Made by a program: the position numbers and the translations under genes. A stretch of DNA of 64,000 bases, from assembly GCA_015680685.1 (NCBI GenBank), contig MNCI01000273.1, positions 90,324 through 154,323 of the forward strand. The letters are read 5' to 3'. The stretch is from Gnetum montanum. Its lineage: Eukaryota > Plantae > Gnetophyta. This document shows, one piece after another, positions 52,700 through 64,000 of this stretch. Below the pieces are notes generated by a model. That model was given only the letters and a program-made list of their open reading frames with translations, made no database searches and was not told the origin of the DNA. Every line of letters begins with the position of its first letter. Position 1 is the stretch's first letter.

Positions 52700-53640
52700 T
52701 ATTCATGAAATTATGAAGGCTCCTTGGTTATTCATGATTCATATATGTTGATCCTAAAATATACAGAGAAATACTAATGAAATTATGAAAGATTCTTAAT
52801 CATGCATGATTTGAGATTATGTAGGGTTATTTCTGATTCATGAGATTTCTTCTTCTTGAAGCATATGAGAAATTTCCATTGAAATTATGAAGGTTTCTCA
52901 ATCATGCATGATTCATATGTATTAATCCAAAAATATACATATAAATACCCATGAAATTATGAAAGTTCCTTAATCATGCATAATTCAAGATGATACAAAG
53001 TTATGTGTGATTTATGATGTTTCTTATTCATGAATCATATGAGACGTTGCGTGATTATGCATGATTTATGAGAATTATCATTCTGTCATAAAGGATAGTC
53101 ATACAAAGTAATTGAATCCCACCTAGATATTATTGATTATGTAAACTTATAATATTAAATAATTGTTCTCCTTAGGTTTATAGAAAATGAATAATTTGTA
53201 TGTGTTAGTTAGAAAAAAAATGATAGGGTTTGATTTTCACATTAATTCATTATTGATTATAATGTTCAAATAAGAAGTATAAAATGTTGGAGGTTGCCCT
53301 ACCATGCATGATTATCAAGCTCACTCATGTATGCTTGATTTAAGAGGTTTTTCTATTATGTATGATTCATATATTTTGATCACAATATTAACCAAATGTT
53401 GTTTGATAAAAAATCCATTCATGAATAGTATGTATCTATTATAATAATAAATTAATATATTTGAGTTTTTATGGGAGCCCATTATATCTTAAAATGTTTA
53501 AAAAAAGATCATGATATTATGGAGGTCGCTTAGTCATGCATGATATTTAATTATTCTTTTCTATAGAGTTTCTTAGTCATACATGATTCATCTATTTAAC
53601 TCACAATATCAAACAAATGTCTTAAGATAAAAAATCAATG
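52700..53640. repeat. Degenerate higher-order tandem repeat containing the palindrome AATCATGCATGATT
   Basis: ATGAAATTATGAA.G.T.C.TAATCATGCATGATT units at about 52705, 52778, 52878 and 52951 (alternating about 73 and 100 bp), with more decayed copies up to about 53640. Confidence 0.75.
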
Positions 53641-53749
53641 AATCTTATTTAATTTTCTTTTTAGACCATTAATTTGGTTTCATTGATTGATAAAATTATG
53701 AAATTATATTTTCTTTCTCTCATAAAGAAAGAAAGGTGATGATAAAGCA

Positions 53750-55130
53750 TGAATGTATAAAGTAAGGCTTCCTTATGTCTGGGAGTATATATACAGTTTA
53801 AATAAAAATAGAAAAGAGGAAATATGTAATTTAGATGACACGATAGATTGTTCTCTTATTTAATTATCTAATAATGAGGTTGGTATTTACATTGAATCAA
53901 TTGACGAGGAATGTTATCTATTATTCAAGGATCTTTTTTTAATAATAGTATGGGGGGAGGATCATGTATATCATTTATTAAATTCTCAATTCCTTTTTCT
54001 TTTATAGAATAATGTATTTACTCCTACTAAGGTGAATATTTGGTTAGAAATTGAGGTTGCCAAACTATTTAGGAGTAGGCTAATGCCCTTTATATGAAAT
54101 GCATTCATAGATAAGAGACTTTACATGGTTAGTAGAAATATAGAAACTATTAAGAGTAGTGAATCTCATAGTACATCTACAATAAGATTAAATTACCAGC
54201 TAAATAATTTGATATTCATTTTCTATACTGATTGCTACAAGAAGAAATATATGTAGAGTATTACATTGGATGATAATATAAGGACTTGAAAAATGATATT
54301 GATAATGAACTCAAATAATAGAATCATGTAATCTAGAATAAAAATCATGTTGCGAAGACAATGAAATATTTGAAAGATAAGATTTGTACGAAGGCTTGGC
54401 ATATAATTCATGAGATTCCAAGTGGTACATTCTACAATAACTTATTTAATTTTAAGAACGTACATGTATTCTTTGAGCATAGAAATACATGAAAGATAAA
54501 GACATGATATAGCAAGATTATAATAATAACAATTCTTAAGAGGGTTGTTGATAAGATGATTGATCCATCATCATTAGAATATAGATAGGTGATGAGAGAT
54601 GAAACATCTAAACTAATTAGAACATTACCTATAATGATGAGTTAATTCACTTTATTGAAAAATTATATTAACCATGAATTAGTTGATCTAGGATTGCCTC
54701 CTATTATTAAGAGTCAATTATTGAAGATTATCAAAAAATATTATTTAAATGTAAGTTTTAGTAGAAAACATGATTTTTTTAATTTGTAGAACCTAGCATA
54801 TATTAGACAAAAAAAAGAATTAATTACTAGAAATAAAATTTTTAAAATTCACATTTTTATGAGGTGACATTATGTTGGAATGAAATTACATAAATATTTT
54901 TGTCAAGAACTATTCAAGAAGATATTCTAAGCTCAAGATTGAAAAATGATGAAATTCAAGTGGAGGAATAGGACAATGCATATGTTGGCTTACAAAATAA
55001 GAAGCCATGGAGGTTATTTAATTAGTCCTTAATATTATGAATTAAATGATTCTATTGGTAAGGCTAAGGAATTAAAATGAATTAGATGTTATATAGGTGG
55101 ATAGAGCTAGAATCATTGAATTTAGAAAAG
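53750..55130 (+). pseudogene. Decayed ORF of unknown protein (about 450 codons)
   Basis: Long near-open frames: PYVWEYIYSL...KVNIWLEIEVAKLFRSRLMPF...MKYLKDKICTKAWHIIHEIPSGTFY...LLKNYINHELVDLGLPPIIK...HYVGMKLHKYFCQELF, with sparse stops and a few frameshifts. Confidence 0.55.
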
Positions 55131-55989
55131 ACAAGATCATCAATATAATAGTGGATTGGCTTCCTCTATAATTGAGATTAAAGGAAAAATTGTATGATTA
55201 TGAATAGATATATAATTCAAAAGATATTTAGATTAGAATAGTGTGATCTAATTTAGTGATTTATGCATAAATAAGTAAAATATGAGATGAAACAAAGGTA
55301 AAATTATATACAAAATCAAACTCAGCAATCAAAGACATATTGTAATGAAATGTTAAAGAGACTAAATAGGATATGCATCAAAATTAACATAAGAAATTAT
55401 AAGTTTGAATGATATAAAAATAAATTTTTGATTATGGTAACTTTCTGTTGAAATAATATAGACTATTTTTTAATATGATATATAGAGGTTAGATTCCATT
55501 AAATAAAGGTCATAGTTATTACATGATTTCAATAACATATAAGTAACTCAAAATATATTTGTTTTGTCTTTATGTTGAGATGGTAGGAATTATTTCCTAA
55601 CAAGATTAAATATTGTAAAAAATGTAGATATAAAACCATAAATTTTAATACATAAATGAATCTCTATGTTAGGTATGTTATGATTTTATTATTGAGTATA
55701 AAGAAGAAAACACCAGTAGAAATAACTTAGTTATGATGAGAGATTTATAACATTAACATATTATTAATAACTAATTATCAAAAGATAACAAATATAAAAA
55801 TTTAAAAATTAATGGTACATTCCAAATATAATGAAACCTCTCTTGCTACTTTCTACTCTACTCAACATCAAAGGAAATAAAGATGAATATGTTGGAAGGC
55901 ATACTTTCACACGATTTTCAACACATCCTTCTTTACTATGTAATGTGTAATAATAATGAAGTTGAAGTTTTGTTGATCTCCTTTTCTTG

Positions 55990-56465
55990 ATTCTTTGTCT
56001 TTGAGATGCCAATTGTCTTCAATAGATAATTTAATTTATATGATTAACATGGATTTTTTAGAATGTTAGCTAATTTATCCCAAGTAGGTACATTCTTGGG
56101 TAAGATTTTGCCCTACTTCACATCTTGCTTAATGAAGTAGTACTTGATGTCAACATGCTTGGACTTCTTTTGAAGGACATGATCCTTTGAGAGTTAAAAT
56201 ATTGATGTGTTGTCCATCATGAAGTGAATGGATAAAAAGAGTTGACAACATAATTGAGCAAAGATCTTCTTAATCCATAAGATATGTTGATTCAATCTAC
56301 CATTGTACTAAATTTATTTTCACATGATGATAGAGCTATGAACAATTGCTTCTTTCTACTCTAATTGATGCGATTGATCTCATGAAATATGATTGATCCT
56401 AATGTTGAGTTCCTTTTTTGAAGATATTCTCCCTAATCAAAATCACAAAAAGCATAAAAGTTGTC
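55990..56465 (-). pseudogene. Ty1/copia RNase H remnant (truncated)
   Basis: YAFCDFD*GEYLQKRNSTLG...N*SRKKQLFIALSSCENKF...HVLQKKSKHVDIKYYFIK matches the copia SDADW/ALSS.EAEY/KHIDI motifs. A PPT-like tract and TGTTG occur at about 55923-55936. Confidence 0.85.
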
Positions 56466-56833
56466 ATTTCATTAGAAGGATTTTATGAAAAATATAGTAG
56501 ATAACATTTAATTATAGAGAACCAAAAATTCCATCATAGTACAATTTAACCACAAATCCAACAAGCCTAAAAAAAAGGATCCGAAATCCCTCAAATGATC
56601 TTGCCGATCGATTGAGGACTTAGAAGTCTATTACTATATTACAAAATAAAAACCAAAAGCGTATGAAATAGTGGTTCAAATGCTAGATTCAAGAATAGAG
56701 AAATGAATGAAATAACATAGCAAATAAAGACAACTATAAGTTTGTATTAAATGCAATATGAAAACAATGTTTTAGGGGATATAGATTATGGGTTGTAAAA
56801 ACTCAAGAACATAGAAATGTCTTTGATGTCTAT

Positions 56834-57426
56834 TGTAGTTGGTAGGGTGTGTTTTGCCACTAGATCTACACTTGTCCTTCTCCAATCAATCTAATCGTAA
56901 GATTTTCTTACCATAGGTTCTCTCTACTTTGGTGATCTATAATGATTAGATAATGGCTATGAATGTTTAAATTTTTTCTTTACTTTGAAAGTCTCTATTT
57001 TGGTTGAAAGAAAAATGATTCAAAAGTCCCAAAAAGATGCAAAATTTTGCTTAAATAGGCTATGAATGTCTAGATTTTTTGCTAGTTAATTTTGCCTAAT
57101 TTTTTACTTTCCTTGCATATTTTTTGATGTCATTTGGTGTTCAAAATCTATAACATATGATGCACCAATGTTTTTCACTTTTTAGGCTAAATTACCAATG
57201 TATTTCACACCTTCATGACCCAAAAATTATAGAATATAAACCACCAATGTTTTTTTTGACATTTTGGACATTGAAATACAATGTATTTGGCACTTTCACC
57301 ATGCAAAAAGTGTAGCCCATGACCCACCAATGTAAGAATCTTTCCTTGACAAATTTGATGGCATATTTGGGCTATTTTCATAGTTCAAACTCCAACATAT
57401 ATGCCACTAATGTTTTCACCACTACA
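56834..57426 (-). repeat. Probable 3' LTR of the second Tat/Ogre element
   Basis: Inverted ends TGTAGT...ACTACA. TATA-like rc CCTATTTAAG near 57052. Purine-rich rc CAAAGAGGA just outside. Lies about 350 bp past the integrase end; no partner LTR in the window. Confidence 0.55.
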
Positions 57427-57774
57427 ATGAGTCAATCCTCTTTGATGAATTTGAGCTTTGTCCTATAAGCACAACTTCAAGAGGATAAGAAAAAAAGTCA
57501 AATAACACATGCGATTACAAGAGATTGCATAAGGTCACATGAGATAATAACTAGACACAATCCATCACTAGTTACAATTGGTAAACCATGAGATATGTGT
57601 ACCCTATTTCATAGATTTATACAAGTTTTTGGTAATCTTGTTATGTCAAAAAGAAATTCTAGGTCATACACGCTCTATTATTGTAGGTTACGAAGGCCAT
57701 CGATATCAATCATTCATCCATACCTACAAAAAAAAGGTAAATAAAGGCTATAGTAAAATAGATTACTATTAGAT

Positions 57775-60700
57775 ATAATAAGGTTTGAGATTGGAATGGT
57801 TGACTGGGTTGGTCAATTCAATTCCATTCATGTTTGCCAATTTGAATGTTCCATTGTCATAAGCTTTGTTGATCACAAAGATCCTTCCCAATTGACTGAG
57901 AACTTGTTTGCAAATTTGCAAAAAACCATAAGGACAAGGTCTTCTTAACTTTTAACCTATCTAGGTCATGATAATGCTATTGTTTCTATCTCTATTGATA
58001 TCGTTTGATGTGAGTAAGCATTTGTATTCACTACTCCTCCATTGAATCAAGGTTAATGTTATGTAGCTCCTTATTTTGCTCATCATTGTTGAAGTCAAAT
58101 AGATATATCCTTAGTGATGGAACCTACAATTCAAGATTCAAAACAACTTCAAATCCATAAATAATGCTATATGTGGTGGCTTTTCTTGTAATTCTAAATG
58201 TCATCCTATATGCATAAAGTATATTTATAAGTCATTCATTCCACTTGCATTTTCTATTACTAAAATATTCTTAAGGAGATGTTTCTAGATTCAACTTGTC
58301 CATTGTCTTGTGGATAATATGATGATGAAAAGAAATGTTTGATGCTGAATTATTGACAAAATATTTTTGTTTCCTGGCTACTAAAATGTAGTTCATTGTT
58401 CATGACTATAGTTAAGAGTATGCCAAAATGGGCCACTATGTTTTCTATTATGAATTTATAAACTTCTTGAGATGTTGTTTGTCTTAGAGAAATGGCTTTA
58501 ACCTACTTTCTAAAATATTTAGTTGTGGTAATGATGAAGCTATGCCCTATGGAAGACTTGAGCGTTATAGGTCCAGTAATGTCAATTATTCATCATTAAA
58601 ATGGACAAGTGATCTGAGTAGTATGTAACTCAATTTGTAACACATGTATTAAGTTATTGTATCATTGATAGGTGTCACAAGTCTTAACATTCTCCAAGAA
58701 TTTTTTCATATAGGACCAATAGTATCATAATCATGTAATATTTGTGGCCATGGCCCTAGGTTGCATATGTAATTCACATGCATCCTTGTGAATGTAGTCA
58801 AGAACTATGCAAGCTTTAGTTTTGCTCAAGAACACTAAGAATATGCCATCATAGGACATTTGACATAATGTATTATCAGCTACTAAGACATAATATTGAT
58901 CATTTACAGACAATGTCCTTTTAACAGGTAGTTAGATTCCATGAAGATTCACCATGCATCTAGTAAAACTTAATATCATCATATCACTCTTGTTTAGGAA
59001 CATTGTCAATAGTGGCTATAGAGGTACCTTTAGTGGTCTGCATGATGAAAGAATCATAATTCTTTATCAAGGAAGGTAACCTACTAAACACATCTAGTAT
59101 CATACTTAGGGATAATGTTGTAATGACATCAACTAAGATGTTCTTGATTCAAGGAATATGTTGGAGACTAACATCTATAAACTCTAGCATAAGTTTTTTG
59201 GCTGGGTCACAATAAGCTTGCAAATGTTTGGCTTTACATGTATAAATCTTAGTCACTTGGTTAACCACCAATTTTGAATCACATTTTATCATTAAACATG
59301 TGATTCATTACTTATGAGCTACCATCATTTCTCTAATTAACCTATTATATTCCACTACATTGTTGGTACATGAAAATTGAAAATGATAAGAGAAAGGTTG
59401 GAGCACACTAGAAGGTGATATTATGATGATAGCAACATTAGTTCCATAGGTAGTTAAAGCTCCATCAAAGTGCATGATGATCTCGTAACCTTCAGGTACC
59501 TTGTTAATTATTGACATGTTCATCAGGGAATTAAGGACCTCTAGCAATGTTGTCCTTAATTCAGGATTTTGTTAGTTAAGTGGCCATAGCTTGACCCTTT
59601 ATTGAGGCTTGGTGGATGTAATGTAGGTCAAACTTAGCTATTATGGCCTTCCATCAAGCTATTCATATACCTTCATATATATTGGTTGTTATGAATCTTA
59701 ATACATTATCCTTATATATGACATTGACTTGGCTCCTAAAGAGGTAGTTTATTCACTTCTTCAAGGAGAAGACTAGGGCTAGAAAATACTTTTCAACCTC
59801 TGTGTATCAGGTTTCATAGGCTATCAATGCATGGCTCAAGTAGTAAATAAGCAACTCCATTCCATCATCTCCTTTTTGATAGTGTAGATAAGCTATGCAC
59901 ATGTCAAAGATTACAAAGTATAGGTAAAAAGATTTTTCCTTCTAAGGTGGGTACATGATGGGTAGCTCAGCCAAGTCTTGCTTAATGTTGTTAGAGGATT
60001 CCTAGCATTGGTGAGTCTACTCATAGTGAAATTTCTTCTTAAGCAAGTACTACATGGATTGTACCTTATTTGTAAGTCTTGAGATGAATCTATGAATAAA
60101 TTACAATCTACCTTGTAATTCCCATATCTCCTTAAGAATAGTCAATGTTGCCAACTTGGATATGGCTTTAACCTTATTAGGATTGACACATATTCCTACC
60201 TCAAATACTACAAAACCAAGAATCTCGCTAATATAAATGCTAAATGTACACTTCTTAGGATTGATTCTAAGCTTATCTTTGAGACATCATTGGAGTACTA
60301 AGTCAAGGTTATGTGCATGGTCACTAGATATCTTGGATTTAATTACTATGTCATCAACATAATCATGAAGTAACCCTACCATGTGGTCACTAAATATGTA
60401 GGTCATGACTTGTTGATAGGTTGGCCTTGCATTCTTTAGATCGAATGACATCATGTTATAATAAAAGGCTCCCAAAGGGATCATAAAGGTTGTGTATAAC
60501 TAATCCTCTAGATCCTCACTTGGTTATATCTTGAAAACCCTTCCGTAAAGGATAGTATGACATGACTAGTCATAGGATTAATGAGTTGATCAATACCATG
60601 GTTGCCATGTTAAGATCTTGGAAGTCAATGTAGATACAAATGCTCCCATTCTTCTTGGAAACTACCACTATGTTGGACACCTAATTAGTGTAATTGATAG

Positions 60701-61208
60701 CTCAGATGAAATCAACTAGTTAATGTTTCTTGATCTTATCATGAATCACTAGAAACAAATCTAGTATAACATTATAGATCTTATGTTTAATAGGTTGGAT
60801 ACTAGGGTCTAGTATGATATTGTGTTATACTAAACAAGGGTCAAGCCCTAGCATATGTTCATATAACCAAGAAAAGTCTTTAATGTTATTTTGAAGGATC
60901 TTGGTGATGTCTTGAACCTACTATGGTTCAAGTGAGAAACTTAGTTTTAATGTTTTCTACTCACTATTTTGTGTTATAATAGGAACCTTAGCTAGAAAAT
61001 CCCCAATGATGTCACTAGCCTCAAGGTTAATGGTTTTAACTATGTACTCAAGCCATTCAAGGGACTTCTCTATCAAGGCTACATGATCAAATAGGCTCTT
61101 AGGCTTATGATCTAAGTAATCAAGGTTAATGGATCATTCAACATCAACATACAATTCAACCAGATTTAGAGGTAGGCTGAATTGCGGCTATGATTTCATG
61201 TTCTGATC
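57775..61208 (-). pseudogene. pol: Second decayed Tat/Ogre-type pol (RT-RH-aRH-INT)
   Basis: RT MSFDLKNARPTYQQVM...DYVDDIVIKS (60287-60484). aRH MHFDGA...CTNNVVEY (59308-59547). INT zinc-finger region (58731-58913). KFSVNWEGSF at about 57880-57905. Confidence 0.92.
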
Positions 61209-61823
61209 CTACATATCAAACAAAAGTAGATTAAGTGGCATTTGTGTGATATATTTTTTCAAAAAAATGTTAAGATTATGCAAAATAGTATAGTAATAAA
61301 ACACCATGAAGCATGACAATGTCAAAATATAGTAAAATGAGATATATAAGGCAAAGTAATGTCATAAATGATATCAACCTATGCCAGATGAAGGTGAAAC
61401 AAGGTCAAATGTGGTCAAAATGATAAAAACATGACATCAAATGGGATAAAAATGGTACAATATGATATCAAACAATGTTAACTGAAATTCTAACAATGAG
61501 AAAATGATATCAAATGATGAAAAATGATGTTAAGACAACGAAAAATGATGTTGAATGGTTTTTAACATGGCCAAATGAAGTCAAAACTATGAAAAATGAC
61601 ACCAGTGATATCAAATAATAAAAAATGATGTCAAAATAATGGAAAAAACTATTAAGTAGGGGAGAACAAGGTTGAATGGTGCCAAATATCAAAAAATGAT
61701 ATTAAATGATACCAAATGAGATCAAATGATGTTAACTAGGTCAAACTTGGTCAAATAAGATTATAGTAGGTTAGAAATAATATAAATAGTAATATTTTTT
61801 TTATTTGAAATTTTTATGATTGG

Positions 61824-62719
61824 TGATGAAGTGAATTTTTTCTAGCTCTAATATTGAATATTTGATATCAGAGACCTGATATCAGATACCCAATATTGAG
61901 GACCAAGAAGTGATGTTGGATATCCGATATCGAAGGATGTGTGTCGACCTATAAATATAACACCTAGGTACATGGTTTGGACTATCTGTTGTCATAGTGT
62001 AATAGAGCTCTTGCAAGTTTTCTTCCCTAGAGTTAGAGTATTTTCCCAAGTGCCCAAAATAGGAGTCATTAAGTATACAGATCTTTATTTAAGCACTATT
62101 GTACTTAAGCACAATAGTGTGTGCATTAATAAAGACAAGCTTTCTCATAAACCTTACAAAAATTTGGCTAGATTAAATATTTTCTTCATGCATTCAATGT
62201 TTTTAGCAAATTTATTTAATGCTTTTATGTAATTAAGGTAAATTAATCTAAATTAAGCTAGATTAAATAGCAATTAATTAAGCACATAAGTACGACCACT
62301 CTGAGCATGCACATGAGGCTTGGTAATCCCAATAATGATAAACGTTTGATAATACAACAATGTTATAAGTGTTTAGGAAGTGCATGGAAAGTGGAACCAA
62401 ATACTTATGTTAGGATTAGTTATACATTGGTTAGTTAGTTAGATTAAATTAGCAATTAAATTACTTCATTCTTTTCATCCTTTATTTTAAGCACCCAAAA
62501 CATAAAACATAAAAATAATAAAATTATGTCTCAATTACACTTAACCATACCTTTGCATATCAAAAGTGTAATTGGGAAGACAATGAATGACTGTTAGGAA
62601 AAATTCACTTTGTAGAGGCTACTATATCTGAATAAAAAGGGTCCATGGAATTCAATTAGATTGTGCTTGAATGCTTAGTGATTTGTATTGTTGAGCATAA
62701 GGGTATTCACTACTCATCA
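61824..62719 (+). mobile_element. Solo LTR E of the same Athila-like group
   Basis: TGATGA...CTCATCA, 896 bp. TSD ATTGG at 61819-61823 and 62720-62724. Contains the GATATC array, TATA CTATAAATA at about 61949 and the conserved U5 hairpin module. Confidence 0.9.
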
Positions 62720-63444
62720 ATTGGAATAAATAAAAATCAAATGAAAATAAGTTTTAAACTTCCAAAATATGTGAGAAGTTAAATAAAACATGTTAAAAAT
62801 TGTTAAAATAGGTAAAAAGCTACAAAATAGGGTGTAAACTATTAAGATTAGGAAAATGCTAGAGAAAATATGTTGTAAACTATCAAAATAATGGAAACAC
62901 AAGAAAATTGAAAAAATATTACAAAAAATAGAAAAATCTTATAGAAATAGAAAAATATTGTGAAAATTGGTAGTAAACTACTAGAAGAGAAGTTCTTTTG
63001 GTAAAAATAATTAAAAAGGATAAAATTTTATATTTTCAACATTCAGAGGTATTTTCTTCCATATATGAATATCCAAAAAATCAACCTCAATGTGCATAGG
63101 CCATTCCATCAATGTATAGGTAGTTTGGAATGGATTCTTAGCTTGTGAGATCCACTAGAATAGATTGTGACCACATTGGGTGAAGGCTTTGGCATGTAGG
63201 ATACACTGTGATGGTGCTTGAGCTTGTTTTGGCTTGGTTTTAGATGGCAAAAGTTTGGTACATTGGTCTACACATTATCCTATCTTGTAGGGATTGTTTC
63301 CAAAAGTATAAGGATCAAATATCAAATCTAGAAAGGAATTTGGCAAAGTTCTTGAAGCTTGAAATCTCCTACTGTAGCACCTTGGATTTGGTATAGAAAT
63401 ATGCTATTTTAAAGGTGTTATGAGGAAAGTGGATTTTTTTAGAT

Positions 63445-63900
63445 GTCCACACGTTTGCATATACATTGGTCAAACATGTATGGAATAATTACCAATGTAT
63501 CCCACTTTTGTAGTAAGGTTTGTGGAGGTTTTGACCACATCTTTGGCCTTTCTAAATTTCCATGTTGGCACTAAGAAGGAGGAGTAAAATCTGCATTGTT
63601 TGGAATTACATGAAACAAAAGTAAAGGATTTCCAATGCTCACACATTGGAATATACATTGATCAACATGTAGGACATAAATGTATAATGTATAGACATCC
63701 TTGGATAAGTTTGTGATGCTTTGAATGAGAATTTTGGAATTCCAAAGCTCCCAAGGTAGTGGCTAGGGTTTTGATAGAAGATCTATAATTTTCAAGGTTG
63801 TACAAGCCACGATACAGGTTTGGTTTAAATCCCACATTGGAATATACTTTGGAAAACATGTGGAGCATAAATTCATAATGTATTTATCATACTTAACAAT
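63445..63900 (+). repeat. Degenerate tandem repeat, about 190-bp period
   Basis: CAC.TTG.A(A)TATAC.TTG....ACATGT motif at about 63450, 63643 and 63833. Confidence 0.65.
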
Positions 63901-64000
63901 TTTATTAGACTTTTCAACTAAGTTTTTAACCACCCTGAGCTCCTAGTACAGTAGCTAGGATTTTGACTAAAAATCTATATTTCTTGGAACCATATTGATC

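Noticed and set aside
62720-62730. PBS after LTR E (ATTGG...)
   Set aside because: ATTGG is also directly 5' of the LTR, so it is the TSD of a solo LTR. No further tRNA complementarity follows.

Overview
AT-rich, repeat-saturated plant-type heterochromatin with no intact host gene, RNA gene or CRISPR array. It contains four complete, TSD-flanked, non-autonomous Athila-like Ty3/gypsy LTR elements and one related solo LTR. The four are D 1819-8150 (-), A 9080-16427 (-), B 25426-32987 (+) and C 44058-51257 (-); the solo LTR is E 61824-62719. All four have TGATG...CATCA-type ends, a tRNA-Asp PBS and a decayed gag. A and C also keep a protease, and none has RT, RNase H or integrase. They sit among older decayed Tat/Ogre-type gag-pro (38.4-41.3 kb) and pol regions (21.6-24.9 kb, 57.8-61.2 kb; order RT-RH-aRH-INT), a Ty1/copia RNase H remnant, two unidentified decayed ORFs and several minisatellites. 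The most interesting signal is a branched hairpin module in the U5 part of all five LTR types. Its stems differ in sequence but stay complementary, its bulge motifs are conserved, and it is amplified to four copies in element A. This suggests an RNA cis-element such as a packaging, dimerisation or Gag-binding signal. The elements also share a colinear non-coding block followed by a variable cargo slot. All alignments and translations were done by eye. LTR and TSD coordinates were counted base by base; boundaries of decayed regions are approximate.
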